From contig JBDRWW010000002.1 of NCBI GenBank assembly GCA_039802605.1, positions 224,001 through 288,000 on the forward strand: 64,000 nucleotides of DNA, given 5' to 3'. Of this stretch, positions 29,661-40,129 are shown one piece after another (position 1 is the stretch's first letter; each line of letters starts with the position of its first letter). The DNA comes from a candidate division WOR-3 bacterium. Its GTDB lineage: Bacteria; Hydrothermota; Hydrothermia; LBFQ01. The position numbers and the translations under genes were made by a program. The notes beneath the pieces are model-generated. The model saw only the letters and a program-made list of their open reading frames with translations. It was not told the origin of the DNA and ran no database searches.

Positions 29661-30732
29661 GAGGGAAAAGATAAAAAGAATACTCGCATACATAGAAAAA
29701 GAAAATTATAAGGGCTATGACCCTTATGATGGTTTGTTATCTCCATTTTCTAGGTTGAGTATTCCTTTATACAGGCTTTTGTTTCAACAATTTGTTAAAA
29801 GGCTTGGCCTTTGGACGAGAAAGGTTTTGTTTATCCCCAAGGGACATAACCCGAAAGCCTTAGCCCTGTTTTTATGGTCTTATGCGTTTTTAAGGGATGA
29901 AGGGAAAGCAAAAAATATTTGGGAACTTTTGAAGGTGTATTCAATAAAAACAAATAACGGAATTGCCTTTGGTTATAACTTTCCATGGCAAAGCAGCGTA
30001 TTTTTCGTCCCTTACGGAACACCCAACATAATAGCCACAAGTTTTGTAGTTTTTGCCTTAAATTATGCCAAAAGGGTTTTCAAATGGGATGTGGATTTAA
30101 GGGTATTTCTTCCTTTCTATGAGAAAACTTTAAATATTTTTAGGGATGAAAACGGGTTTTTATGGATAAGTTATACCCCTTATGATAGGTTGAGGATTTT
30201 CAACAGTTCGGTTTTGGGCGCGTTGGCTTATATGATGTGCGGTGGTGATGGTAAATTTGCAAAAGAAATAGCGAAAACCTTGCAGAATTATCAAAGGGAG
30301 GACGGCAGTTGGATATACGGGCTTGACAGGATGACTATGAAATATGTTGATAACATACATACCGCTTATAATCTGTGGGGACTTGTAGGTATAAGAAATA
30401 TGCTAAAAATCGACGATTTTGACGGGGTTATATTGAAGGGATACGAATTTTATAAATATAACCTGTTTGATAGATGGGGTTTCCCCATATCAAAGTTGGG
30501 GAAAAAGGGGTTTGATACCCACGATTTGGCAGCTTCTATCATAACCTTTAAGATTTTTGAGGATATGGATAGGGCAAGAAAACTTGAAGGTTGGGCGGTT
30601 GAGAGGCTCGTGGATAAGGATGGCAGGGTTTATAACGGCTTAAAGGATAAAAGGGTTTTTATAAGGTGGTCGGTCGCATGGCTTTTGTTATCCCTGGTTT
30701 TTGAACCTTATTATCCTTTTAGGTTTTGTTAA
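29629..30732 (+). CDS. Alpha/alpha-barrel (six-hairpin glycosidase-like) hypothetical protein
   Basis: YKGYDPYDGL, NPKALALF, GYNFPWQS, Q..DGSW.YG, VDNIHTAY, RWS.AW; family usually seen in polysaccharide loci. Confidence 0.6.
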   Translation: MKMLGQYPEGKREKIKRILAYIEKENYKGYDPYDGLLSPFSRLSIPLYRLLFQQFVKRLGLWTRKVLFIPKGHNPKALALFLWSYAFLRDEGKAKNIWELLKVYSIKTNNGIAFGYNFPWQSSVFFVPYGTPNIIATSFVVFALNYAKRVFKWDVDLRVFLPFYEKTLNIFRDENGFLWISYTPYDRLRIFNSSVLGALAYMMCGGDGKFAKEIAKTLQNYQREDGSWIYGLDRMTMKYVDNIHTAYNLWGLVGIRNMLKIDDFDGVILKGYEFYKYNLFDRWGFPISKLGKKGFDTHDLAASIITFKIFEDMDRARKLEGWAVERLVDKDGRVYNGLKDKRVFIRWSVAWLLLSLVFEPYYPFRFC

Positions 30733-31652
30733 GTTTCTTTAAGGATTTTTATATAGTGCAAAGTGTGTTTGTGCCAATATTTTTGGGTGTATTTTTCTAT
30801 TCTCTCATCGTTGGAATTCAAAAGGTATAGAGTCATAAGGGTATGATAAACATACCTGTTTTTTGAATAAAAGGCCAGATGTTTCTTAACCCTATCCCTT
30901 TCAAACCCTTTTAACGCCCATCCGTATATTTTAAACCATTCGTACATGTATGCGTTCTTACTGATTTCTGCGGTGTTAATCGCCAATTCAACCAATTGTG
31001 TTGCTTTTCCCCTTAAACCCATAAAAACCATATAAGGTATTAAGGGTTGGAGTAGCCTTAAAGCCGTGTGGTGGTATCCATCTTTTAACCCACTGTCCAA
31101 AACCCTTATAGCCTCTTCAAGTACTTCTCTGGATTCGGCGCCGTTTATTAAACAATACAGGATGCGAACATAAGCCCTCATAATAATTTGCGGGACAACA
31201 TTTAAACCCCCTTCACCTTCGTAGATTTCCAATGAAAAAACCTCATCGTGGGGAACATCCTCACCTTTATAAATTTTAAAATATAAATTCTTCAAAGGCT
31301 TCCAGAACCTTTCAATTTCCGGGCTTTGTATACTTTCCGACAATTCTTTTAGCGAATAATAATAAGCCAAAGGGTTTATACCCAAGTATTCGTATAATAT
31401 CCTTTTGTTTGGGATACTCTTGGCATATCTTTTAGCTTTATCATAGTTCATAACCGATATAGCGTATTTAACCTCCTTAAACCAGTCAAGTTCTTCATTC
31501 CCGAACCTTTCTTTATAAGCCTTCATAAACCAGTTAAGCCTATTAAACCAACCCATATGTGCAATAAAAACTCCCAAATTATAAGTCCTCTCCCTATCCC
31601 CCCTTTTTAGACTTTCCTCTATCTCTTTCAAAAGATAAACCAATCCCGACAT
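30729..31652 (-). CDS. Hypothetical alpha-helical (TPR-like) protein, paralogue of the upstream gene
   Basis: Shares MGW, GY.HTA...L..LIP, N...E.F.IY with 31653-32558. Confidence 0.7.
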   Translation of the reverse strand: MSGLVYLLKEIEESLKRGDRERTYNLGVFIAHMGWFNRLNWFMKAYKERFGNEELDWFKEVKYAISVMNYDKAKRYAKSIPNKRILYEYLGINPLAYYYSLKELSESIQSPEIERFWKPLKNLYFKIYKGEDVPHDEVFSLEIYEGEGGLNVVPQIIMRAYVRILYCLINGAESREVLEEAIRVLDSGLKDGYHHTALRLLQPLIPYMVFMGLRGKATQLVELAINTAEISKNAYMYEWFKIYGWALKGFERDRVKKHLAFYSKNRYVYHTLMTLYLLNSNDERIEKYTQKYWHKHTLHYIKILKET

Positions 31653-32558
31653 TCAAGTTTCCAATCCGAAAAGCTCCAAAACCCTTAAATCATGCTCGTG
31701 GTGGTGTTCCTTAACTATATGGTTTATCCTACGGTGTTGGTTTTTACCCTTATAGTGCAGATACCCCCTTGCTATGAGTTCGTGTATCAGCGCCCATCTA
31801 TCAACATATAAACCGATTTTACTCTCCACATACTCTGGATAGATTTCATCCACAAAACACCTGTATATTTCGAAAAGTTCAAAGAACCACATGTTTGCGG
31901 TTTCGTTCGTGATGTCAAACGCCAATTGTAATAAGGGTTTTGAGGCATCTTTACCTTGCAGGTTGTAAACCAAAGGGATTAAAAACCTGAGAACAAACAT
32001 AGCCGTGTGGTCATATCCGGTTTCAAGTACCCCTTGCAAGTTTTCGTATAGTATTCTTAAAGATTGTTCATAATTTCCCTTCATCATTTCCGCCATACCC
32101 TTTGCCAATTTCAAGTTATAAATCTCCATTTCGCTTTTAATCTCAACATTCTCATCTATCTCCGGAATCTCACCCTTAAACATTTTAAACATGTTATACC
32201 TAAACATATAGGATGCCGGATAGGTATCCTTTGCATCCTTAAAGGTTTCTTCAAAATATTCGTAAGCCCTATCGTTTAGTCCTACCAGTTCAAGGATGTA
32301 CCTACGTGTATCCTTGTATTTAGCCTTACGGTAGGCTTTCTTCATATTGAAAAAAATCATAGAGGTTATAACGCCCTTGGAAAAATCTATGCTTTCGTCG
32401 TATTCGTACCCCTTTTCAAGGTATTTTTTCACAATATAGTATGAGTACTTGTACCACCCCATTTTAATGGCTTCAATGGAGTAATATTTTAGTTCGTCTT
32501 TATCGGCCCTTTCAAGTATGTCCCTTAATTTTCTTTTAAACTCTTCCCTTTTATTCAC
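31653..32558 (-). CDS. Hypothetical alpha-helical (TPR-like) protein
   Basis: LAKGMAEMMKGNYEQSLRIL TPR-like helix pair; paralogue of 30729-31652. Confidence 0.7.
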   Translation of the reverse strand: MNKREEFKRKLRDILERADKDELKYYSIEAIKMGWYKYSYYIVKKYLEKGYEYDESIDFSKGVITSMIFFNMKKAYRKAKYKDTRRYILELVGLNDRAYEYFEETFKDAKDTYPASYMFRYNMFKMFKGEIPEIDENVEIKSEMEIYNLKLAKGMAEMMKGNYEQSLRILYENLQGVLETGYDHTAMFVLRFLIPLVYNLQGKDASKPLLQLAFDITNETANMWFFELFEIYRCFVDEIYPEYVESKIGLYVDRWALIHELIARGYLHYKGKNQHRRINHIVKEHHHEHDLRVLELFGLET

Positions 32559-32849
32559 AACCCGATTATTTTATGGGGGAAACATTACCGAGTATATCAT
32601 AAGTGATGCAGGACACATCAAACGAAGTCTTCCACAGAAAATAAATAAATATACCTACTTCCACGGGGTGAGGTAAATGGTCGGGTGAAATGGCCCAAGA
32701 TAGACCGTAGGGTAAATCTTGCACGGATATGCTTACCATTATTTTCCCGTCTTTTACCGGCAATTTATGTTATCGGCATAGTAAAGCCCTTACCCCGCAA
32801 GGGGGCGAAACCCTTTATGAGAGCATTCTACAATCGGGCTATATATGGA

Positions 32850-33965
32850 CTATTTTATCCTAACTATACCCCCGATATAGGTTTGAAAACCGTATCTCGT
32901 ATTATACACCACAGCGGGTAAGTATCCGCCTAAAGAGGAAAATATTGGAACACCCAATCCTATGGAAATGCCCATAGTGGTATCAACACCCCCAAAATCC
33001 GTAAATACCGAAATACCAAACCCGCCGCTTACAAACCTTCCGATTATATCCGGAAACTCTTTTGCCAAAACCTTCCTCATCTCAAAAGAAACCAAGTACC
33101 TTGTTTTTCCCACCACCCTACGCTTGGGTATTCCCCCCCTTAAAGCGTCATCCGTACCCATGAAGTTGGGTAAAAGGTATAAGGGTGGATATCCGAAAAG
33201 GTGGGTATATCCTCCGAAAATCACAAATGTTAAATCGTTCAAAGATTTAAAACCCTCATAGTAAAACTCAAACTTCCTCGCAACAAAATTTCCAAAATAC
33301 TCATAAATCCCGCTTTTTAAGGTATAACCCCTTTGGGGATATAAAATCCAATCACGGGTATCTTTAAAAACGATTACGGAATTTTCGGAAAAAATATCCT
33401 CTATACCAAAGCTATCACTCTTAACCGAAACCCCCCTTATTTTCAACTGCATACGAAGATTTTCGGATAATTTCGTGTTATATACACCCTCTACCCATGT
33501 CTTGTGAATGGGTATTTGGTATATAAGACTATAATACCCAGAGGAACCTATGCCAAAGCCTACTGAGTTTTTAAAAAAACGGTAATTCGGAGTGTTCCAC
33601 ATTATTTCCCAACTCCTCCGGGCCCCCATCATAAAGTATCCCGATAGGTTTTCACCATTGCCCCGAAAGTTTGTATGAATAACACCCAAGCCCAAGCTCA
33701 AACCCACATCAAAACTGTAATCTATTACCGGATAAGGCCATATATACCAAAACTCTTTGAGGAAAATATAGACGGTATCGTTTATAAGATCTACCTTTAC
33801 ATCCCTAAAAAGTTGGGTTTCCTCTATTCTCTTTTTTATCAAATCAAGGGGAACATCATTAACGCATTTACATGTATCGGCACCTATGACCCTTAACACA
33901 AAAGATTCCTTGGTGCGGACATTTCCCAAAACTTCAACATAATACGCGAAAATAACGGTTATCAT
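32850..33965 (-). CDS. Omp85 (BamA/TamA-like) outer-membrane protein with a single POTRA domain
   Basis: VEVLGNVRTKESFVLR POTRA; NFRGNGE; DTRDWILYPQRG; ALRG; FTDFG. Confidence 0.75.
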   Translation of the reverse strand: MITVIFAYYVEVLGNVRTKESFVLRVIGADTCKCVNDVPLDLIKKRIEETQLFRDVKVDLINDTVYIFLKEFWYIWPYPVIDYSFDVGLSLGLGVIHTNFRGNGENLSGYFMMGARRSWEIMWNTPNYRFFKNSVGFGIGSSGYYSLIYQIPIHKTWVEGVYNTKLSENLRMQLKIRGVSVKSDSFGIEDIFSENSVIVFKDTRDWILYPQRGYTLKSGIYEYFGNFVARKFEFYYEGFKSLNDLTFVIFGGYTHLFGYPPLYLLPNFMGTDDALRGGIPKRRVVGKTRYLVSFEMRKVLAKEFPDIIGRFVSGGFGISVFTDFGGVDTTMGISIGLGVPIFSSLGGYLPAVVYNTRYGFQTYIGGIVRIK

Positions 33966-34687
33966 AGCGGGTTTATGTAATTAATTACAACTTCACAGGG
34001 GAAGTTTAGCCTTTTTATAATCCCATCGTACCCTTCCCTATTTAATGTAAAGAAGATTTCAACTTTTCCACCACCGGAGTTTTTCAGTTTTTTGGAAAAG
34101 AAATCGGCAAAAATTTGTGAAATATCAATTATCTCTACATTTGGGCGGATCCTTTTTATAGTTTCCTTCAAAGCGGTATAGTGGGTACATGCTAAAAGGA
34201 GTGTGTATTCATCCCTTGGGAGAAGGGAATTTATATAATTTTCAACGATTTCCCCCTCCCAAATTCCGCCTTCAACGAATTCGGCCAGCTTTGGTGTGGA
34301 TATTCCTCTGGCATTCAAAATTTGCTGATAATAACCGGATTTAATTGTGGCCTCTGTGCCTATTACGATTAGGTTATCCCTATATATGTTTAATTCCCCA
34401 ATCCATTCGGTTATTAGAAATGTTGGGACATTTGATATGGCTTTTAAATCGTTTCCAACAACCGTTGAAAGGGTATTACAGGCAACAACTATCATATCAG
34501 CGCCTTTGCTTATAAGAAATTTTATCCCCTTTCTCCCGATAACGAGTAATTCCTCTTTACTCTTATTACCATATGGAAAGTTGGCCAAATCACCGAGATA
34601 CACCACATCAAAACACCCCTTTATCCTAAAAACCTCCCTCAAAACCATTAAACCACCTACGCCGGAATCGTAAAAACCTATTTTCAC
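33962..34687 (-). CDS. murI: Glutamate racemase
   Basis: DSGVGG, PYGNKS, VACNT, LACTHY. Confidence 0.95.
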   Translation of the reverse strand: MKIGFYDSGVGGLMVLREVFRIKGCFDVVYLGDLANFPYGNKSKEELLVIGRKGIKFLISKGADMIVVACNTLSTVVGNDLKAISNVPTFLITEWIGELNIYRDNLIVIGTEATIKSGYYQQILNARGISTPKLAEFVEGGIWEGEIVENYINSLLPRDEYTLLLACTHYTALKETIKRIRPNVEIIDISQIFADFFSKKLKNSGGGKVEIFFTLNREGYDGIIKRLNFPCEVVINYINPL

Positions 34688-35118
34688 AGTTTAATAATTA
34701 TATTAACCGGCCCATCGTTTTCGGATTGGATTATCATATGATCCCTAAAAACCCCCGTTTTCAAGGGTATTTCCCCTTTTAACATCTCGTATAGTTTATC
34801 AAAAAGTTTGGACGCCTCTTCCGGATTCAACGCGTTATCAAAAGAGGGTCTGTTTCCCTTCTGGGCATTCCCCGCCAAGGTGAAGTTTGGTACAAGCATA
34901 ATTTCACCCCCTATATCCTTTACGGATAGGTTCATTTTCCCATTTTCATCCTCAAATATGCGTAAGTTCAAAATTTTCCTTATACCTTTTTCCAAAACCC
35001 CTTCATTATCCCCCCTTTCAAAACCCACATAAACCAATATACCCTTACCGATACCCTCTTCTTTTCCGGAAGAACAACTAACCCTCGCCCAATTCACCCT
35101 TTGAACCAAAATAGTCAT
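34684..35118 (-). CDS. dtd: D-aminoacyl-tRNA deacylase
   Basis: VQRV, LRIFED..GKMNLS, NFTL...KGNRPSF, NDGPV. Confidence 0.95.
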   Translation of the reverse strand: MTILVQRVNWARVSCSSGKEEGIGKGILVYVGFERGDNEGVLEKGIRKILNLRIFEDENGKMNLSVKDIGGEIMLVPNFTLAGNAQKGNRPSFDNALNPEEASKLFDKLYEMLKGEIPLKTGVFRDHMIIQSENDGPVNIIIKL

Positions 35119-35615
35119 TTATTCCCCTTGGGTTTCAATATAAAATAAACCCTTTTGTCTTCAACAACCGGATCCCTTTCGGGTGTTGATATATCCCCTA
35201 ACATATCTATAACCCTTTTTGCCAAGTCTTCCGCTAAATGCGAATAAAGCGCCTGCCTTCCCTTCATACGGATTTCAATTAGGACCTTGTTTCCTTTTTC
35301 TAAAAATTCCCGAATTTTTTTAACCTTGACCATTAGGTCGTGTTCCCCTATGTTCGGAGACATCTCTATTTCCCTCATAGTAGGGGTTTTAGACTTTTGC
35401 TTTTCCTTCTTCTTTTGCTGATATAGGAACTTTCCGTAATCCATTATCCTTACAACTGGGGGTGATGCGTTTGGGGCTACCTCTACAAGGTCCAAACCAT
35501 ACTCATCCGCAAGGGATAAGGCCTCTTTTATGCCCATAACCCCCAAATTCCTACCATCCGGACCTATCACCTGAACCCTCGGCGCTTTAATCTGCTCGTT
35601 AACCCTGTAATTCAT
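35115..35615 (-). CDS. infC: Translation initiation factor IF-3
   Basis: NEQIKAPRV, LDLVEVAP...PPV.RIMDYGKF, I.EHD. Confidence 0.96.
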   Translation of the reverse strand: MNYRVNEQIKAPRVQVIGPDGRNLGVMGIKEALSLADEYGLDLVEVAPNASPPVVRIMDYGKFLYQQKKKEKQKSKTPTMREIEMSPNIGEHDLMVKVKKIREFLEKGNKVLIEIRMKGRQALYSHLAEDLAKRVIDMLGDISTPERDPVVEDKRVYFILKPKGNK

Positions 35616-35616
35616 C

Positions 35617-36870
35617 TTACCTCCCCTTTTCCTTATCCAAAAACTCCCTTATACCTTCCGCGATCGCCTTTGCTATCCTTTTTTGATAGTCTTTACTTGC
35701 CAATTTTTCCACCTCCTTTTTATTGGTTATAAAGCCAATTTCTATTAAAACCGATGGCATACCTACCCATTTTAAAACATAAAAACCCGCCTGTTTTAAC
35801 CCCCTATCCTTTGACAGCTTATACTCAATGGCTTTTCCGTGTATATATCCGGCGAGTTTATAGGATTGTTCCAAAAGTAGGGTTTGTATTAAATCCCCGA
35901 CAATTATTCCCACCTCATCCGTAGGGTTCAGATTACCCAAATCGTATTTAACAGCCGAGTTTTCGAGCAAAGCCACCGCCCTTTCCTCGGATGTTCTGCT
36001 CTCGGATAAGAAATATGTTTCCAATCCATCCGCCCCATTGTCTATACTGGCATTACAATGGATACTTACAAATAAATCCGCACCGCTTCTATTTGCAATC
36101 CTCGCCCTTTTTGATAGGGGTACATATTCATCCCCTTCACGGGTTAGTATAACCTTATACCCATAACCTTTTAGGATATTTGCCAGTTCCAAAGCGACGG
36201 CCAAGTTTATATCCTTTTCCTTATAACCGTTGGCCACGGCTCCGGCATCCTTTCCCCCATGTCCCGGGTCTATAACGATTACGGGCAATCCCCCTGTTTT
36301 CAAAGTTTTTATGGGATATATGGTAATGGTGATACCGTCATCCCCTTTATACACGGAAGATTTACCCGCCCCAAATCCCAAATGTATTATAAATTTCGTG
36401 TTTGTCTTCGTATGCAATATATCAACTACGCTTACAAACTTTCCATCACCGAGTACCTTTCTGTATTTCCCGTAAAGCCCATTAACATTCACAACTATGC
36501 TATCTTCATATAAATTAACATCAAAATCCTTGCCCCCTTTTATGGTAATACGGTAAGTGGTATCAACTGCCCCCATAAGGAGATTCTTTATTGTGGGTTC
36601 TGCGATAAAAAGCCTTTCACCCTCTACATCCCAAAAAACATTTAACCCCATATTGAAAAGCACGGGGGCCAATTCATCACCCTTAAATCTGATCACATTT
36701 GAAGTATCAATACTTAGGGGGAAAACCTTTTTGCCTATAAACGCCAATCCGCTATCCGTTATAATGGCAGAAGAACCTTTATAAACTATTCTGTTTTTTT
36801 CAACCCTTACGCCAAACCCCTTTAACTCCTCAATGCCAACCCAAACATCCGTCAAAACCATCAAAATCAT
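35617..36870 (-). CDS. N-acetylmuramoyl-L-alanine amidase (Amidase_3)
   Basis: IDPGHGGKDAGA, EKDINL, FVSIHCNA, MPSVLIEIGF. Confidence 0.92.
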   Translation of the reverse strand: MILMVLTDVWVGIEELKGFGVRVEKNRIVYKGSSAIITDSGLAFIGKKVFPLSIDTSNVIRFKGDELAPVLFNMGLNVFWDVEGERLFIAEPTIKNLLMGAVDTTYRITIKGGKDFDVNLYEDSIVVNVNGLYGKYRKVLGDGKFVSVVDILHTKTNTKFIIHLGFGAGKSSVYKGDDGITITIYPIKTLKTGGLPVIVIDPGHGGKDAGAVANGYKEKDINLAVALELANILKGYGYKVILTREGDEYVPLSKRARIANRSGADLFVSIHCNASIDNGADGLETYFLSESRTSEERAVALLENSAVKYDLGNLNPTDEVGIIVGDLIQTLLLEQSYKLAGYIHGKAIEYKLSKDRGLKQAGFYVLKWVGMPSVLIEIGFITNKKEVEKLASKDYQKRIAKAIAEGIREFLDKEKGR

Positions 36871-37754
36871 ATCTCGTAATATACCCTCTTTTCTATGAAA
36901 ATTTTTTGTACCAATGTTAATATTCCAACTACGAATAATAGGGCAATTGCCACGGCAGAGGCATATCCTATGTTAAAATCCTCAACGCCCTTTTGGTAAA
37001 GGTAATACACCAAAACATTTGTGGTTCCAAGGGGTCCCCCGGGTGGCGGTCCGGTCATAACCCAGATGGGCGCAAAAACCTGAAAGGATGTTATGAAACT
37101 CGTGATATATACATAGAACAACGAGGGGGATAAAAGGGGTAAGGTTATATCTTTAAAAACCCTCCAAGAATTCGCCCCGTCTATCTCGGCGGCCTCATAA
37201 ACGCTTTTGTCTATGGATTTTAGGCCGGCGTAAAGTATTAGCGTATTATATCCAAAGCTCTTCCATATTGACATGATTACAACGGATAACAGGGCCAAAG
37301 ATGGGCCATATCCAAAAAATATACCGCGATGTTCCTGCAGCCATTTTAGGGGCTCTAATCCAAAGACCATAAGCAAATAGTTTAAAAAGCCCGATGAAGG
37401 GTTATATATCCACTTCCAAACTATGGACGCCGGAATCAGGGATATTACAACCGGTATAAAAACAACAAACTTTATGACCCCACCTATCCTTGAATTGAGC
37501 ATAATTGATGCCACACCAAGTGATAGGATTATACTTATGGAGATGCTGAGCAAAGAGTACCAGAAGGTATTAACCAGAGCATTCCAAAAGAAGGGATCGT
37601 TAATGAGCTTTAAGTAGTTTTCAAAACCCACCCATTTCTCAAACCCTATTAAGCCCCATTTTTGAAAAGAGTTTATAAAAACCATAAAGGATGGTATAAA
37701 CCGGAAAATACCCAAAACGAGTAATGCGGGCAATAGGAACAAAACTACTGCCAT
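36867..37754 (-). CDS. Carbohydrate ABC transporter permease
   Basis: [15 protein letters not shown] (EAA loop), ITLPLL, GYASA. Confidence 0.9.
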   Translation of the reverse strand: MAVVLFLLPALLVLGIFRFIPSFMVFINSFQKWGLIGFEKWVGFENYLKLINDPFFWNALVNTFWYSLLSISISIILSLGVASIMLNSRIGGVIKFVVFIPVVISLIPASIVWKWIYNPSSGFLNYLLMVFGLEPLKWLQEHRGIFFGYGPSLALLSVVIMSIWKSFGYNTLILYAGLKSIDKSVYEAAEIDGANSWRVFKDITLPLLSPSLFYVYITSFITSFQVFAPIWVMTGPPPGGPLGTTNVLVYYLYQKGVEDFNIGYASAVAIALLFVVGILTLVQKIFIEKRVYYEI

Positions 37755-38587
37755 CTGAACTTACCGTATTTCGACCTCAAATAAATGGCCAATAAGTTTA
37801 GGGCGAATGTTAGACAGAGCAGGACAACAATTCCCGCTGCGGCGTTTATTGCGAATTCTTTTTGAGGTCTGGATACCCAATTAAAGATCTGAATGGGTAA
37901 AACCGTGAAGGGATCAAAAATACTTCCGGGTATGAATGCTATAAAGGTTAGGGCACCTATGGTAATTAAGGGTGCGGTTTCACCCAACGCCCGAGAAATT
38001 GCCAAAATCGTACCCGTTAATATTCCGGGTAATGCCGCTGGTAAAACTTGGTAAAATACCGTTTGCCATTTTGCGGCACCCAACGCATAAGAGGCTTCCT
38101 TTATGCTTTCGGGAACCGTTCTTATCGCCTCACGGGAGGATATAACTATTATGGGTAGAACCAACAAGGATAGCGTTAAAGCTCCTGCTATTATACTCCT
38201 TCCAAGTCCCATTAATCTAACAAAAATTTCCAAACCCAAAAGGCCATAGATTATTGAAGGGACCCCGGCAAGGTTTGATATGTTGATTTCCAAAATTTCC
38301 GTAAATAAATTCTTTGGGGCGTACTCTTCAAGATACACTGCGGTTAAAACTCCTAGGGGGAAAGATATAGCGGCCGTTAATATACCTATCCATATAGAGC
38401 CAACCAAAGCGGGTAAAATACCCGCATGTTCGGGAAACCTTGATGGGTAAGATGTTAAAAACTTTATACCCAAACGGGGTAAAGCGTCTATAAATACATC
38501 TACAATTAAAACCACCAAAACCCCCAACGCAAAATATGTTAAAAATAAACCCGCTAACATTAAAAAGGTATCACCCCACTTTCTCAA
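37745..38587 (-). CDS. pstA: Phosphate ABC transporter permease PstA
   Basis: [36 protein letters not shown]. Confidence 0.92.
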   Translation of the reverse strand: MRKWGDTFLMLAGLFLTYFALGVLVVLIVDVFIDALPRLGIKFLTSYPSRFPEHAGILPALVGSIWIGILTAAISFPLGVLTAVYLEEYAPKNLFTEILEINISNLAGVPSIIYGLLGLEIFVRLMGLGRSIIAGALTLSLLVLPIIVISSREAIRTVPESIKEASYALGAAKWQTVFYQVLPAALPGILTGTILAISRALGETAPLITIGALTFIAFIPGSIFDPFTVLPIQIFNWVSRPQKEFAINAAAGIVVLLCLTFALNLLAIYLRSKYGKFRWQ

Positions 38588-38656
38588 AGGAGGATATTAT
38601 AAACTTGAAAACTTTTCTAGAAAGCAATGGATAACACCCTTAGAATTCACACCTCA

Positions 38657-40129
38657 ATGGAAGTTTTGTTATACGCCTATTTTGCCCTTTTGATGGTTTT
38701 CACATTAATATCAATGCGTTATTTGTATATTATCGTTGGGTATTTCGTAAATAGACACTCTTGGGTGCTAAAACCCCAACCTTTAAAAAGGTTTCCCAAA
38801 GTATGCGTGCAACTTCCCGTATTTAACGAACCCTTCGTTGTGGAGAGGATAATAAGGGCCTCAACCCGTATAAAATGGCCAAAGGACAAGCTGGAAATAC
38901 AGGTTTTGGACGATTCAACCGATGAAACCCCGGTTATTGCCGCTAAGGTAGTAGAAGAGTTGAGAAGGGAGGGATTTAATATAAAACACATTAGGAGGGA
39001 AAATAGGGAAGGTTTTAAGGCGGGCGCTTTAAAATACGGTATGGAATTGACGGATGCAGAGTACTTCGCAATATTTGATGCAGACTTTTTGCCTCCGGAA
39101 AATTTCCTCCTGAAGACCATCCCATTTCTTGAAAACGACCCAAAATTGGGAGCGGTTCAAACCAGATGGGAGTTTATAAACGGTGATGAAAACTTATTTA
39201 CAAGGGCTCAAAGGTTTATGTTGAACTTGCATTTTATACTCGAACAATTCGTTAGGAGTAGGGAGGGGTTATGGCTAACATTTAACGGGACGGCGGGGGT
39301 TTTGAAGAGGTCGGCCTTGGAATGGGTGGGGAATTGGGAAACAGACACCCTTACGGAAGATGCGGATCTCTCTTTCAGGCTTTATAAGAAGGGTTATAAA
39401 ATCCTTTACCTTCCCGATATAGTTTGTTTCTCCGAATTGCCGAATTCCCCCTTGGCCTTTAAGGCACAGCAGAAGAGGTGGGCAAAGGGTGGAGTCCAGG
39501 TTTTCAAAAAGTTTTATAAGGACATCTTTATGGGTAATATACCCTTTGCTTGGAAAATAGAATTCCTCTTCCAAACCGTAGGTAATTTGGGTTATCCATT
39601 GGGTATGTTCTTGGTAGGTTTGCTTCCAAGCATTTTATACTTAAAATTTAAGGGATATGCACCGGAGCTGTTCTTCTTTATGGGAATATTGTCGGTAATC
39701 GACTTGTCAATAGTTTGGGGGGCATTCTCGTTGGCAAACTATCATTATAGGAAATATTGGGGAGATGTGTTATTTGCACCCTTGGGCATGGCCTTAATAG
39801 GCGCTTTGACCATAAACAACACTATGGCTATAATAGAGGGTTTATTCGGTAAAGAAAATGTCTTTGAGAGAACGCCAAAAGCGGGGGATAAGGGGATACC
39901 GGTGAACAGGGATATAAGCAAAAAGGTTTCGGTATCAAAACCTGAAATCTTTTGGGGCCTTTATTTGATTTTCATTTCAATACTTTCGGTGTTTATAAAC
40001 CAGTTAATACTGGGCGTAACCCTAGGTGTTTCGGGATTTGGCCTTTTGTGGCTTGGAACTTCCAGTTATCTTGAAATCCTTGGATATGAATTGCCCGATG
40101 TGGTCCTTAACGAGCAAGCCGAGACTTGA
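38657..40129 (+). CDS. Cellulose-synthase-like GT2 glycosyltransferase
   Basis: VQLPVFNE, QVLDDSTD, GFKAGAL, FDADF, TED, QQKRW; start at ATG 38657 chosen from -10 position. Confidence 0.9.
   Translation: MEVLLYAYFALLMVFTLISMRYLYIIVGYFVNRHSWVLKPQPLKRFPKVCVQLPVFNEPFVVERIIRASTRIKWPKDKLEIQVLDDSTDETPVIAAKVVEELRREGFNIKHIRRENREGFKAGALKYGMELTDAEYFAIFDADFLPPENFLLKTIPFLENDPKLGAVQTRWEFINGDENLFTRAQRFMLNLHFILEQFVRSREGLWLTFNGTAGVLKRSALEWVGNWETDTLTEDADLSFRLYKKGYKILYLPDIVCFSELPNSPLAFKAQQKRWAKGGVQVFKKFYKDIFMGNIPFAWKIEFLFQTVGNLGYPLGMFLVGLLPSILYLKFKGYAPELFFFMGILSVIDLSIVWGAFSLANYHYRKYWGDVLFAPLGMALIGALTINNTMAIIEGLFGKENVFERTPKAGDKGIPVNRDISKKVSVSKPEIFWGLYLIFISILSVFINQLILGVTLGVSGFGLLWLGTSSYLEILGYELPDVVLNEQAET

Noticed and set aside
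32780..32820. c-di-GMP-I riboswitch or other known ncRNA
   Set aside because: Only a GNRA hairpin is evident; the conserved GGCAAA...GCAAAGC arrangement and second stem are not recognisable.
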